Of a stretch of DNA of 64,000 bases, positions 54,182 to 63,994 are shown in pieces. How positions within the stretch are numbered: the first letter of the stretch is position 1; each line of letters starts with the position of its first letter. Made by a program: the position numbers and the translations under genes. Source of the stretch: a virus. The notes under the pieces were generated by a model that did no database searches, had not been told where the DNA came from, and worked only from the letters and a program-made list of their open reading frames with translations. The stretch is from the IMG/VR virus record IMGVR_UViG_3300000553_000005, positions 32,001 to 96,000 of that record; one strand, 5' to 3'.

Positions 54182-56331
54182 AAACTACAGAGAAAGTTGG
54201 AAAAGAATTAATCATTCAAATTAATAATGAGTTAATTGCAGCAAGACATAGCTATTATGCTGACGCTAACCCGATCATGGCCGATGTGGAATATGATTCT
54301 TTAGAGAAGCAGCTTCGCGGGATGGTTACTGCTATGCCTGAGTTTGTCACTCTAGCTACAGTGCTGACCTCTGTAGGATCTGATTTAACTAATGAGTCCG
54401 GTCGCATGAAGCACATCTCCCCAATGCTATCTTTGGAAAATCTTTACTCATTTGATGATGTTAAACTATGGTGCGCTCAGTTTCCAGAAGGGACAGCTTT
54501 TGTTGTAGAGCCAAAGATTGATGGTGCCTCCCTGTCTTGCCATTACATTAATCGCCAATTGGTTAAGGCAGTTACTCGCGGTGATGGTCAATATGGAGAA
54601 GATGTTACTAAAGTTATGTTGGCCTCTGGAGCCATCCCCGCTACCCTCCCCCAAGAATTCTATCCTGAATCTTTAGTGGAAGTTAGAGGGGAGGTCTTTA
54701 TGTCTCAAGCTCAATTTGAAAAGATTAATGCTTCGTCAGAAAAGAAATTTGCCTCCCCTCGTAATTTGGCCGCTGGTACTATGAAACTCCAAGATCTTGA
54801 ACTAGTTAAGTCTAGAGGGTTACAATTTTATCCTTGGCAAGTGGAGGGTATTTCCGATGAATTTTTGACCAAGAAAAATTTATCGGGAGATTTTGCACAC
54901 CATTCTATTGAGTATTTTTGTCTAACTTCAGGGACTTTCCCTAAACCTTTTGACGCTACTTTCTATACTGCTGACACTTTGATTACAGCGATTGATGGCT
55001 ATCTTAAAACTTATCGGGATACAGTTCTTCACAAAGGTTGCGGAATTGGGACAGATGGTTATGTGATTAAGCTAGCTTCCGTAAAACTTCGTAAGGAAGC
55101 TGGTCTAAAGACAACTACCCCTCGTTGGGCCTTTGCTTGGAAATATCCTTCTCAATTAGTGGAAACTACTTTGGAGGCGGTGACTTGGTATGTTGGTCGC
55201 TCTGGAGGGTTAACCCCTGTTGCTTCGGTAACTCCCGTTAATGTTTCGGGAGCTACGGTTAGTAAGATTAATTTGAATAATTTTTCATGGATTACTCAAA
55301 AGGGGGTAAAGATTGGAGATAAGGTTGCCATCTCGCGTGGTGGTGAGGTTATTCCTTATCTTAATGAAGTTGTAGCTACTTATCAAACTTCAATTCCTAT
55401 TTTAGAGCCGACTTCTTGCCCTGCTTGTGGGGAAAACATTACAGTGGAAGCAGATGTTAAATCGGGTATTCTAACTCATTCTTGCACTAATGATAAATGT
55501 CCAGGTCGCCTCGCTGCTTACTTAGAATATGTAGCGGGTAGAGATATGTTGGAGATAGACGAACTTGGTCCTGAAACTATCACCCAATTGATTAAAGATG
55601 GTTACATTACCAGTCTTCCTGATTTATTCGATTTTTCTAATAGGACTTTAGAAGGAATTCAAGCTAAGGGCGAAGAAATAATTTTGAATAGACTTACAAG
55701 AATGGGTTACTCAGGAGTCCTACTTATTAAAATGTGCAAATCTCTAGAAAAAGTTAAGACTAGAGATTGGGATCGTTGGCTAGCTGCATTAGGTATTCCA
55801 GGAATTGCTAAATCTCTCTCTAAGTTGCTCTCTACCCACTTCAGACTCGGAGAGAAGGACATGGATATTCTTCCTTCCATTCTTTCAAAAGGAGATTACT
55901 CTTTGATTGAAGGAATTGGAGATAAGAAAGAAGCTGAGATTCGTAAAGCACTTCCTCGTATTACAGAAACTTGCAAAGCTCTTTATGAATATGGAGTTCG
56001 TCCTAAATCTATTTTAGCACCACAGGCTGATCCATCTAAGTTGCTCCCTCTTGCTGGCTATGCTATATGCATTACAGGAGAGTTCCCTACTGAACGAGAT
56101 CCTCTTTCCAAGATGCTCACTTCTTTAGGCGCACAGATGAAGAGTGGGGTTAGTAAAAAACTTACTCATTTGTTAGTTGGAGAGGGAGCGGGGCAATCAA
56201 AATTAGCTAAGGCCAGAGAGTTGAATATACCACTTCTTCATCAAGATTGGCTGGAAAAAATATTGACTGCTAATGGTATGGTTATGGAAAAAACCGAAGG
56301 GAAGTTTGAAACAGAATGGGATGATTTATAA
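54178..56331 (+). CDS. ligA: NAD-dependent DNA ligase
   Basis: YY...DVEYD, HISPMLSL, EPKIDG, TRGDG, EVRGEV, PRNLAAG, DGYVIK, PRWAFAWK, Zn finger, HhH, BRCT. Confidence 0.95.
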   Translation: MKTTEKVGKELIIQINNELIAARHSYYADANPIMADVEYDSLEKQLRGMVTAMPEFVTLATVLTSVGSDLTNESGRMKHISPMLSLENLYSFDDVKLWCAQFPEGTAFVVEPKIDGASLSCHYINRQLVKAVTRGDGQYGEDVTKVMLASGAIPATLPQEFYPESLVEVRGEVFMSQAQFEKINASSEKKFASPRNLAAGTMKLQDLELVKSRGLQFYPWQVEGISDEFLTKKNLSGDFAHHSIEYFCLTSGTFPKPFDATFYTADTLITAIDGYLKTYRDTVLHKGCGIGTDGYVIKLASVKLRKEAGLKTTTPRWAFAWKYPSQLVETTLEAVTWYVGRSGGLTPVASVTPVNVSGATVSKINLNNFSWITQKGVKIGDKVAISRGGEVIPYLNEVVATYQTSIPILEPTSCPACGENITVEADVKSGILTHSCTNDKCPGRLAAYLEYVAGRDMLEIDELGPETITQLIKDGYITSLPDLFDFSNRTLEGIQAKGEEIILNRLTRMGYSGVLLIKMCKSLEKVKTRDWDRWLAALGIPGIAKSLSKLLSTHFRLGEKDMDILPSILSKGDYSLIEGIGDKKEAEIRKALPRITETCKALYEYGVRPKSILAPQADPSKLLPLAGYAICITGEFPTERDPLSKMLTSLGAQMKSGVSKKLTHLLVGEGAGQSKLAKARELNIPLLHQDWLEKILTANGMVMEKTEGKFETEWDDL

Positions 56332-56362
56332 TTTTAACAGTAATAACATTTATAGGAGGCCA

Positions 56363-56530
56363 ATGATGGCACTTACGGAAGAAATGAAGCAACGCCTTAA
56401 AAATAACATTCTTTTTAGGGATGACAAGGAAGCGGTGGGGGCCATTACGCTACTTGTCAAAAATGAGCCAAATAAAGAAGCCGCAGAGGAATTAGTTTTG
56501 GCTCTTGAAGATTTACTTAAGGAATTATAA
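56363..56530 (+). CDS. Small hypothetical protein
   Basis: AGGAGG RBS preceded by AGTAATAA motif. Confidence 0.55.
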   Translation: MMALTEEMKQRLKNNILFRDDKEAVGAITLLVKNEPNKEAAEELVLALEDLLKEL

Positions 56531-56531
56531 T

Positions 56532-56771
56532 ATGGCGACATTACATTTAGCTCAATCTGCCTCGACTTCTCTCAGAGGATGGTTCTGCCCAAAAGGCACT
56601 GTGGGTGTTAGAGCCGAACATATTACTTCTGTAAAGGTTGCTCCAACTTCTGCTCATTTTATTCTTACGGTTGAATCATTAGGAGGAAAACAAGAATTTC
56701 GTTTTACGACTTTAGAACTCTTGAATGAAGCCCTTTCCCTTCTTCACCTAGAAATGACGGATTTGGATTAA
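56532..56771 (+). CDS. Hypothetical protein
   Basis: Tightly packed ORF. Confidence 0.55.
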   Translation: MATLHLAQSASTSLRGWFCPKGTVGVRAEHITSVKVAPTSAHFILTVESLGGKQEFRFTTLELLNEALSLLHLEMTDLD

Positions 56772-56792
56772 GGATAACTCAGGAGTCTACAA

Positions 56793-57323
56793 ATGGCTGT
56801 TACTATTACGTCTTTTACTGCTGGCTCATCTAGCATATCTATTGGTTCTTCTACCACTATTACTCCAGTTTTTTCAGGCGGTGTTGGTTGTATTTTGATT
56901 GGAGTCACTGGATCTCGTCAAGTTCAGCAAACTCTACCTGTTTCCAGCGGGGAAGTTATCTCTATTACTCCAACAATTTCAACCACTTATGTCTTGACTG
57001 TCACAGATCCTGATGGGTCAGGAACTCTAACTGCTTCCCTTCCTATAACTGTAGTGATCCCAACTGCTAGGAAATTAAGTGTAACTACTGGCTCTGGCGT
57101 TGTTGATTCAGGCTCCAGCACTTATTTCTGTAATGGCCCTGTTTTCTCAATTAATGTTTCAGTTGATCCAGCGTCCTTAGCTAATAATATTGCTCAAGTT
57201 AATGAGAGTACAATTAGATACCAAATAATTTTTAACAATAATTTAGCCGATGGCCCTATATACATTGTAGGTATAACTAATTTGAACTTGGTTCTCGCTA
57301 CTTTTGGGTTAACTTGGTCCTAA
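56793..57323 (+). CDS. Ig-like, Ser/Thr-rich putative virion surface protein
   Basis: TITSFTA...ISITPTISTTYVLTV...TASLPITV beta-sandwich pattern. Confidence 0.55.
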   Translation: MAVTITSFTAGSSSISIGSSTTITPVFSGGVGCILIGVTGSRQVQQTLPVSSGEVISITPTISTTYVLTVTDPDGSGTLTASLPITVVIPTARKLSVTTGSGVVDSGSSTYFCNGPVFSINVSVDPASLANNIAQVNESTIRYQIIFNNNLADGPIYIVGITNLNLVLATFGLTWS

Positions 57324-57430
57324 GTTCTTTCTTTTCATACTCCTTAAAATTAATAAATTTAAGGTAGGAGTAATTCTAGTTTAAATTTGTCCATTTTACG
57401 AGTAATAAAGATTAAAGGAGTTAAATTAAG

Positions 57431-58657
57431 ATGAGTTCTATCGAAATTAGAAATTTTTTAGGCTTACACGATAGCGAAAAACGTATTTATTATATTGATA
57501 GCACCCACGTTTCTCAAGAAGAATTTGAGTTTTGTGTGGTGCTTCATAATATTCTATGGGGTGATAAGGGAATGGTTCAAACTCTTGGTCCCACATGGAA
57601 TATGATTATGGACCCACGTTTTGAAACTCTTGAAAATTATTTTATTGAAAATAGGCAAGCAGTTTTTGGAGGGGATGCCAGATTAGGCAAACAATACATT
57701 GACGGATCTTCTATTCTTAGTTCCTCTATGTCAGAACTAGAGACTTATTCTGAAATTTTAGGGGAAGGTCGCTATTTTCATGGAATTGTCTCTGATGCTG
57801 GATTAGACCCAAAAAGCTTTAAAGACCAATCGGAAGAAGTTATTTGGAAGTTCATTCGTCAAGAATGTCCTAATTATTTTGATAATAAAGAAGGGCTACC
57901 TAATAAGAGAGCGCAACGACTGTTTTATCTTTTCAAAGCAGATCTTCTTGGATTAATCGATGATTTTGCCGAAATAGCTTTGGTTCAAGAGTGGATACAC
58001 CTTGAAACAGGGGAAAAAGCCGATCCTACTAATATGACAAATATTGAAACTGCCCCTATTGTTTATGCTGAAGTTGATATGCTAGAAAGAGCCTTAACTT
58101 TCCGCTCTTCATTGAAAGTGACTGCGGCTAAAATTTTAGAAAAGACTGGATTAAAAGATCAATTAGAAAGAAATTATCAATTGACTGATTGGGAGGTTGA
58201 CCATATCCTTAAACTCCTTTATTCAACACCTTTTGATAAACTCTATACCGCAACAACAAGTATAATGAATTATGCGAGACAGCAATGTCAGATTCCTTTT
58301 GAAAAGAGATTAGAGAAAGAGCTTAATATTCTCTCTACAGCATCTAAGGCTACTATTTCACTTTTAAAAGATGGCTCTCTATTACCCTTAACAGTAACAG
58401 AAGAAGAAGAAGTTGACAGAGAACTCACCATAGAAGAAAAACAAATTGTAGCTTTAAAGCGCAACCCATTTCGTCTAGAATTATTTACTATCTATGTGGA
58501 AGCTGAACAGCATAACGATCAAGCCACCATGGAACTTATCCAACCTTATTTGGATGATCTTGACAATGAAATAACCGAAGAAATAGTAGTTCGTATAAAA
58601 AATGCTACTCGTTTTAATCGCACCGGCTCTATTGCTAGAGATATCCTGAATACCTGA
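57431..58657 (+). CDS. Hypothetical protein
   Basis: 408-aa ORF with AAGGAG RBS. Confidence 0.7.
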   Translation: MSSIEIRNFLGLHDSEKRIYYIDSTHVSQEEFEFCVVLHNILWGDKGMVQTLGPTWNMIMDPRFETLENYFIENRQAVFGGDARLGKQYIDGSSILSSSMSELETYSEILGEGRYFHGIVSDAGLDPKSFKDQSEEVIWKFIRQECPNYFDNKEGLPNKRAQRLFYLFKADLLGLIDDFAEIALVQEWIHLETGEKADPTNMTNIETAPIVYAEVDMLERALTFRSSLKVTAAKILEKTGLKDQLERNYQLTDWEVDHILKLLYSTPFDKLYTATTSIMNYARQQCQIPFEKRLEKELNILSTASKATISLLKDGSLLPLTVTEEEEVDRELTIEEKQIVALKRNPFRLELFTIYVEAEQHNDQATMELIQPYLDDLDNEITEEIVVRIKNATRFNRTGSIARDILNT

Positions 58658-58687
58658 AATTTTTTTTAAAAAAGGAAGGAATGCCTT

Positions 58688-59071
58688 ATGACAAATATAT
58701 TTACTTTTGGATCTAACGAGATAGGACGCCACGGAGCGGGTGCCGCTAAGTATGCTGTGGACCATCATGGTGCTATTTTTGGGAAGGGAAACGGGATGCA
58801 AGGCTCTAGTTATGGTATCCCAACTAAAGATGGGAATCTAAAACCCCTTCCTCTCAATTCTATTAAAGAGTATGTTAGGCAGTTTATTCAATTTGCCCGA
58901 AGAAGTCAAAATCTTACATTTGATGTAACTAGAATCGGGTGTGGACTTGCGGGTTACACTGATGAACAAATAGCCCCGATGTTCCTCAATGCACCTAAAA
59001 ATTGCCACTTTCCCCTGGAGTGGAAGTCAATTTTGGGTGAGGATTTTCAGTATCATGAATTAAGAGGGTAA
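58688..59071 (+). CDS. Macro-domain-like phage protein
   Basis: IFTFGSNEIGRHGAGAA...YGIPTK...VTRIGCGLAG. Confidence 0.7.
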   Translation: MTNIFTFGSNEIGRHGAGAAKYAVDHHGAIFGKGNGMQGSSYGIPTKDGNLKPLPLNSIKEYVRQFIQFARRSQNLTFDVTRIGCGLAGYTDEQIAPMFLNAPKNCHFPLEWKSILGEDFQYHELRG

Positions 59072-59144
59072 AGTCATATCTTCACTTTTTGACTTTTAAG
59101 TTCTTATGTGGGCGTAGGTGTGCCCACTTTCACCGGGAGTGTAG

Positions 59145-60290
59145 ATGACAGATCCTAAGGAAAAGAAGTTAGCCATGAGCGAAGTGGCGTTATTATCAGA
59201 AAAAGCCAAGAAGTATGACCCCTTGGCTACGGAAGCAGAGGTAGTAGCAGATATTCGCAGAGTGCAGGAAGATTACCCGACTAAGCATATTACTCGTAAT
59301 TTCTATCGTATTTATGGTAAGTACTCTGATGGCACTTGGAACAAATATTTTGGTACATGGTTAGAGGCGAGAAGGCAAGCAGGGCTGGAACTCAATCGCT
59401 TCCAGCATGGAGTTGAACGTGATGTGGCTAAACATGCCCATCTAGATTTATATCGTCAATTTCAAAAAGATGAAATTGATCCTTGGGTTGGTAACTATAC
59501 GCTTCCCCCCGAAAACGGGGAGCGTTTTAAGAAAATCTTAATTTGCTCAGACCTTCATGATAAGCAGCTAGATCCCTTCTGTTGGTCAGTTTTTCTTGAT
59601 ACCGCCGCCAGAGTCCAGCCAGATGTTATTGTTTTAGCAGGGGATGTTTATGATGAGGCAGAGTTCTCCAGATTTGATCAAGATCCTCGTCAATATAGCA
59701 TCAAGGAAGCCTCTGATTTTGTTAAAGAAAAGATTTTTAAGCCCTTGAGAGAAGTTTGCCCAACTACTCAAATTGACTTTATTATTGGCAACCATGATCT
59801 CCGCATCCTTAAATATCTAGCTAATAAATGTGCTAATATGAGGGTATTGCTATCTGATGTTATGGATCTTACTCTAGAAGATCTCCTTGGGTTGAAGGAA
59901 TTCAACATCAAGCTAGTTTCTAGATTTGATCTAAGTGCCTTTACCCCTGCTGAAAAGAGGTCTGAGATCAAGACCAACTATAAAATTTACTACAATTCAC
60001 TAGTAGTAGACCACCATGGCCTCCAAACTTTTGGCCTCTCAGTTTGCTACGGGCATACTCACAGGACTAAGATGGACTCCAGTGCCAATCTAATCGTTGG
60101 CCCCATTCATGCGGTGAATATGGGTTGCATGGCAAAGATTGACTTTGAGTATCAAGAACGTATGAACAAGTCTCACCAATCTTTCTGTCTTTGGCATATT
60201 GATACTAAAACCAAACAATGCCAACCCGAACATTTCATTTTCACTGATGAAATGATCTGTGTGGCAGGTAAATTCTATACTAGAGGCTGA
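59145..60290 (+). CDS. Calcineurin-like metallophosphoesterase with N-terminal helical domain
   Basis: CSDLH, AGDVYD, IGNHD, HHG, GHTHR. Confidence 0.85.
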   Translation: MTDPKEKKLAMSEVALLSEKAKKYDPLATEAEVVADIRRVQEDYPTKHITRNFYRIYGKYSDGTWNKYFGTWLEARRQAGLELNRFQHGVERDVAKHAHLDLYRQFQKDEIDPWVGNYTLPPENGERFKKILICSDLHDKQLDPFCWSVFLDTAARVQPDVIVLAGDVYDEAEFSRFDQDPRQYSIKEASDFVKEKIFKPLREVCPTTQIDFIIGNHDLRILKYLANKCANMRVLLSDVMDLTLEDLLGLKEFNIKLVSRFDLSAFTPAEKRSEIKTNYKIYYNSLVVDHHGLQTFGLSVCYGHTHRTKMDSSANLIVGPIHAVNMGCMAKIDFEYQERMNKSHQSFCLWHIDTKTKQCQPEHFIFTDEMICVAGKFYTRG

Positions 60291-60291
60291 C

Positions 60292-60840
60292 ATGACTTGC
60301 GTTGTAGGAATAGCTCTTAATGGTAAAATATATATGGGGGCAGATTCTTGCTCCTCTGATGTGTCTGAAAAATATGGAAGAAAAGATGCTAAAGTGTTTG
60401 AATCCCATGATATGCTTTTAGGGTATAGCGGCTCATGGAGATTTGGTAACCTTTTTCGTTTTAAATTTGATCCTCCCGCTCAAAGATCTGACAAAGAAGA
60501 TTTTGAGTTTTTAGTCACAGATTGGGTGGATGCTCTCAGAACTGTATGTAAGAGTGAGGGGTACACTAAAATAGAAGATAATGAAGAATCTTTCGATGGA
60601 AGTGCTTTAATCGGCTATAAAGGTAAGCTGTACGTTTTAGAGGGCGATTGGAATATTGGAGAACCCAATATGGACTACGCTGCTATTGGTTCCGGTTCCG
60701 CTGTGGCATTAGGGGCCTTATATGCTTCTGTTAAAGCATCAAAGTCTATGACTCCCAAGGCTAGAATCGAAGCCGCTCTTGAAGCCGCCTCAGAATATGC
60801 TGTAGGAGTAGCCCCTCCTTTTGTTTTTTTAAGCAAGTGA
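60292..60840 (+). CDS. HslV/proteasome-beta-like Ntn protease
   Basis: M-T start (Thr1 nucleophile), MGADS, KVF, GYSG, YAAIGSGS.ALGAL. Confidence 0.8.
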   Translation: MTCVVGIALNGKIYMGADSCSSDVSEKYGRKDAKVFESHDMLLGYSGSWRFGNLFRFKFDPPAQRSDKEDFEFLVTDWVDALRTVCKSEGYTKIEDNEESFDGSALIGYKGKLYVLEGDWNIGEPNMDYAAIGSGSAVALGALYASVKASKSMTPKARIEAALEAASEYAVGVAPPFVFLSK

Positions 60841-60849
60841 AAATAGTTT

Positions 60850-60878
60850 ACTACAAACTCCTTCATTTTCGGTATAAT
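60850..60878 (+). promoter_or_regulatory. Promoter motif RCYACAAA-N13-RGTATAAT
   Basis: ACTACAAA-N13-GGTATAAT. Confidence 0.7.
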
Positions 60879-60898
60879 ACCTATGAGGGAGTTTATAT

Positions 60899-61522
60899 AT
60901 GAGTGTTTTTCTAACATCAGATCTCCATTTCGGCCATGAACGCATAATTGAGATGTGTGATCGTCCTTTTGGCTCCGTGGATGAAATGAACGAAGCTCTG
61001 ATTGCCAATCATAATAATCTCGTTAATCCTATGGATACCGTATATTTCCTGGGTGATGTAGCTATGGGTAAGATTGCTGATTCCCTTCCTTTAGTTGATA
61101 GGATGAATGGGGTTAAGATCCTTATCGCTGGTAATCATGATCGCTGCTCTCCTTACTATAAGCATAAGCGAGAGGATATTCGGGAGACTTGGTATCAAGA
61201 GTACCGTAAGTATTTCTCTCTAATTATACCTAGTATTGAGCTTATGCTTGGTCCTCATGGGCAATCGATTCTTTTACACCATTTCCCTTATGCCGATCCT
61301 TCCTACAAAGATCATTCTTATGAAGGGCGTTATCAAGAGTTTCAGCCTGAGAACAATAATCTTTGGTTACTTCATGGTCATGTTCATACTGGTTGGAAGA
61401 TTAAGGGAAAACAAATCAATTGTGGAGTTGATGTTTGGAACTTCTGTCCGGTAGAGATTGCAGCCGTTCAGCAGCTTATGCTAGAGCAATCACAGGAGGT
61501 TCAAAATGAGCAAGAAAGCTAA
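60899..61522 (+). CDS. Calcineurin-like metallophosphoesterase
   Basis: TSDLHFGH, LGD, AGNHD, HFP, LHGHVH, INCGVD. Confidence 0.9.
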   Translation: MSVFLTSDLHFGHERIIEMCDRPFGSVDEMNEALIANHNNLVNPMDTVYFLGDVAMGKIADSLPLVDRMNGVKILIAGNHDRCSPYYKHKREDIRETWYQEYRKYFSLIIPSIELMLGPHGQSILLHHFPYADPSYKDHSYEGRYQEFQPENNNLWLLHGHVHTGWKIKGKQINCGVDVWNFCPVEIAAVQQLMLEQSQEVQNEQES

Positions 61523-62153
61523 GAAGGAAGTCAAACCAGTTGAAACATTTGTTAAGCCAGATGCGCGAGATGAGTATGATGATTCTGGCAGTAAGCGAAA
61601 GAAGTCAGAGTATCGTTCAGGTTGCGTGAATTTCCCAGTAGAAGGTGAAGTCTTTCTTGGTGGGATTGATTACAAGAATGAAGCCACAGGTGGAATGTAT
61701 GTCCAGCTTGTAGCGATTGAGAAACGTTCTTCCATTGAAAATTGGTGGGAAGACATGTTTGTAGTTTGTTTTGGTGGTGGTAATACTTCTCTTGAATATC
61801 AGGAGGGAATGGCTGGAACAGATACTTTGAAGGATGAATGGGTTCCCTATTACCCCCAACTTGATGCTGAATGGGAAGAGATGACCGCTGATAAGGCTTT
61901 TGCCACCAAGTATTTTTTCCCAAATTTTTATGACAAGGGGAAGCCTCGTAATGTGCGAGAACGTAGCGTTCCTCTGCTGGCTTCTGTGATTTTAGGCTCA
62001 TCTGGTGGGACATGGTGTAAGGGTGAACGAGATTACTTCCGTTGCACTTATGATGACCTCACAGATGAAGGTAAGGCCATTTATGACTCTTTCAAAAAGT
62101 TATATGGTGAGAAGGCTGAACTTCATCTAATTACTTGGATCGATGAGGGTTAA
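61506..62153 (+). CDS. Hypothetical protein
   Basis: AGGAGG RBS. Confidence 0.7.
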   Translation: MSKKAKKEVKPVETFVKPDARDEYDDSGSKRKKSEYRSGCVNFPVEGEVFLGGIDYKNEATGGMYVQLVAIEKRSSIENWWEDMFVVCFGGGNTSLEYQEGMAGTDTLKDEWVPYYPQLDAEWEEMTADKAFATKYFFPNFYDKGKPRNVRERSVPLLASVILGSSGGTWCKGERDYFRCTYDDLTDEGKAIYDSFKKLYGEKAELHLITWIDEG

Positions 62154-62794
62154 TGATGAATGTCTGTTTTAAGCTTATTGAAGTTGGGGGTTTCATTGCC
62201 TCTATTGAAGGAATGAGATTTCCCACTAAATCTATTGGTGATTCTCAACTTTCGCATGAACGACTTCCTAAAGAGCCGGGTATTTTTCTTGGACCTAAGG
62301 ATATTAAGCTGGCTACTAGTCTGATTAAGCAAGGACCAGTTCATGCCAAGTTTCAACGTGGTATTACAGCTTGGTTCAACATCAATATGCCAAGAAGTAT
62401 ATGGTCTGAATTAGACACTTATTCAGTGGGTGTTGATATGATTTCATCCGAATCCACTATGTATACTTTAGTTAAAGAATGCAAACAAATTAAGTCCACT
62501 ATGTTCGTGGACTATACTCCTAGTTTTGTGGTGGATCAGTTTGAGGATGCTGTGAATTCTTTAACGACTGAGTATGGTTCTCGACAGGCCATTCCAATTG
62601 AAGTTCTTAAATCTTGCCTTCCTGAAGGTTGGCTCCAGGCTCGTAATCGCGGATTCAGCTATCAAGCTTTAGCCTCAATGTACAATTATCGAAAAGATCA
62701 TAGAATGCCTGAGTGGCGAGAAGTCATTTGCCCCGCCATTGAAAAACTTCCTTATTTTAAAGAATTAATTCTTGGTATTTATCCAGAAAATTAG
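62153..62794 (+). CDS. Distant ThyX-like flavoprotein (tentative)
   Basis: H.KF.R, PRSIWSELDTY, SESTM, LPEGWLQ, RKDHRMPEW pattern; canonical RHR motif absent. Confidence 0.4.
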   Translation: MMNVCFKLIEVGGFIASIEGMRFPTKSIGDSQLSHERLPKEPGIFLGPKDIKLATSLIKQGPVHAKFQRGITAWFNINMPRSIWSELDTYSVGVDMISSESTMYTLVKECKQIKSTMFVDYTPSFVVDQFEDAVNSLTTEYGSRQAIPIEVLKSCLPEGWLQARNRGFSYQALASMYNYRKDHRMPEWREVICPAIEKLPYFKELILGIYPEN

Positions 62795-62842
62795 TATAAT
62801 ATGAATAGAGTGATACTCTCATCTGCTAAAGGAGCAACAACG

Positions 62843-63121
62843 ATGTCACACCCCTTTCTGGTTTCTTCTCAATCATGGGGGACCAGATACCAAACCGCCC
62901 TTAATAATTTACTGGCAACCTGGGCCGAAGCTTTAAAGTCTTTTGAGGGGAATAGAATTGATATGGATCTATTCACTCAGGAGTTCATGAAGAAACCGTG
63001 TAACCGTCCCCTCATTAGAACCTTCATCTATAACATCAAAAATGATATGGAAGAGGTGGATGTGGAGGATATGCTAATTGAAATTGGCAAAAAGGAAAAG
63101 GGAGTGAAGGATCATGACTAA
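62843..63121 (+). CDS. Hypothetical protein
   Basis: AAGGAG RBS before ATG 62843. Confidence 0.6.
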   Translation: MSHPFLVSSQSWGTRYQTALNNLLATWAEALKSFEGNRIDMDLFTQEFMKKPCNRPLIRTFIYNIKNDMEEVDVEDMLIEIGKKEKGVKDHD

Positions 63122-63623
63122 AACCGTAGTCATCTCTGCCTTCCCCGGCATTGGAAAAACTTATTACCAGCAACATTCTGATTTAAAAGTCCTGGATTCT
63201 GACTCAAGTGGCTATTCTTGGGCTATTATTGATGGAGTAAAATCTAGGAACCCCGATTTTCCAATGAATTATGTTGAACATATCAAGGAAAATATCGGGA
63301 AAGTAGATGTGATTTTGGTGTCTTCTCACAAGGAAGTCCGTAAGGCTCTGGTGAAAGCCAATATTCCTTATGTTATAGTATATCCAGCATCCTCATTAAA
63401 AAATGAATATCTCAATCGCTATAAGAAACGTGGTAATGACGAAGGCTTCATTGATATGATGAAGAAAAATTACAGTTCCTTTATCTCTGAAATTGAAAAA
63501 GAAAATGGATATAGCAAGGTCAGGCTTCATGATGATGAAGCTTATCTTACGGATATTATTGATACTATCTTCGCTAAAGAAACAGAGGCGACTAAACCTT
63601 ACTCTCTTGCTATTTTAGCTTAA
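63114..63623 (+). CDS. P-loop NTPase/nucleotide-kinase-like protein
   Basis: VISAFPGIGKT, DSDSS, RYKKRGN. Confidence 0.7.
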   Translation: MTKTVVISAFPGIGKTYYQQHSDLKVLDSDSSGYSWAIIDGVKSRNPDFPMNYVEHIKENIGKVDVILVSSHKEVRKALVKANIPYVIVYPASSLKNEYLNRYKKRGNDEGFIDMMKKNYSSFISEIEKENGYSKVRLHDDEAYLTDIIDTIFAKETEATKPYSLAILA

Positions 63624-63994
63624 GCTTTGATGATTCTGTATTTGGAAATGTGGATTTCCCCAACGGCTGACCCTTTGGGTTTAGACAGATCCCCAGCCTT
63701 TCCTAAGACAACTTTAACTCCTGCCTGTCCCTTTGCCTTGGAGTTTTCTACAGCGGCTCTTACGGCCTCCTGTAGCACTTCAGAGGGTATTTCAGATAAG
63801 TTCTCAGGGTTCCTAATGACAATATGGCTACCTGGGCAATCTGCGGTATGAAGCCACCAATCATTTGGTTGTGCAATCTCCATAGACAAAATATCATTAT
63901 CAGCGGCTGATCTTCCAATTAGGATAGTGAAGCCGTTGAATTCTTTAGTTTTGTATGGGGCTTTAGCTGTGAGAAAGTGGGAATGAAAATTCAT
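63620..63994 (-). CDS. Stand-alone NFACT-R (DUF814) RNA-binding domain protein
   Basis: ILIGRSAADNDILS...DWWLHTADCPGSHIVI...A...SKA...KPKG..G pattern of the RqcH/FbpA C-terminal domain. Confidence 0.85.
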   Translation of the reverse strand: MNFHSHFLTAKAPYKTKEFNGFTILIGRSAADNDILSMEIAQPNDWWLHTADCPGSHIVIRNPENLSEIPSEVLQEAVRAAVENSKAKGQAGVKVVLGKAGDLSKPKGSAVGEIHISKYRIIKA

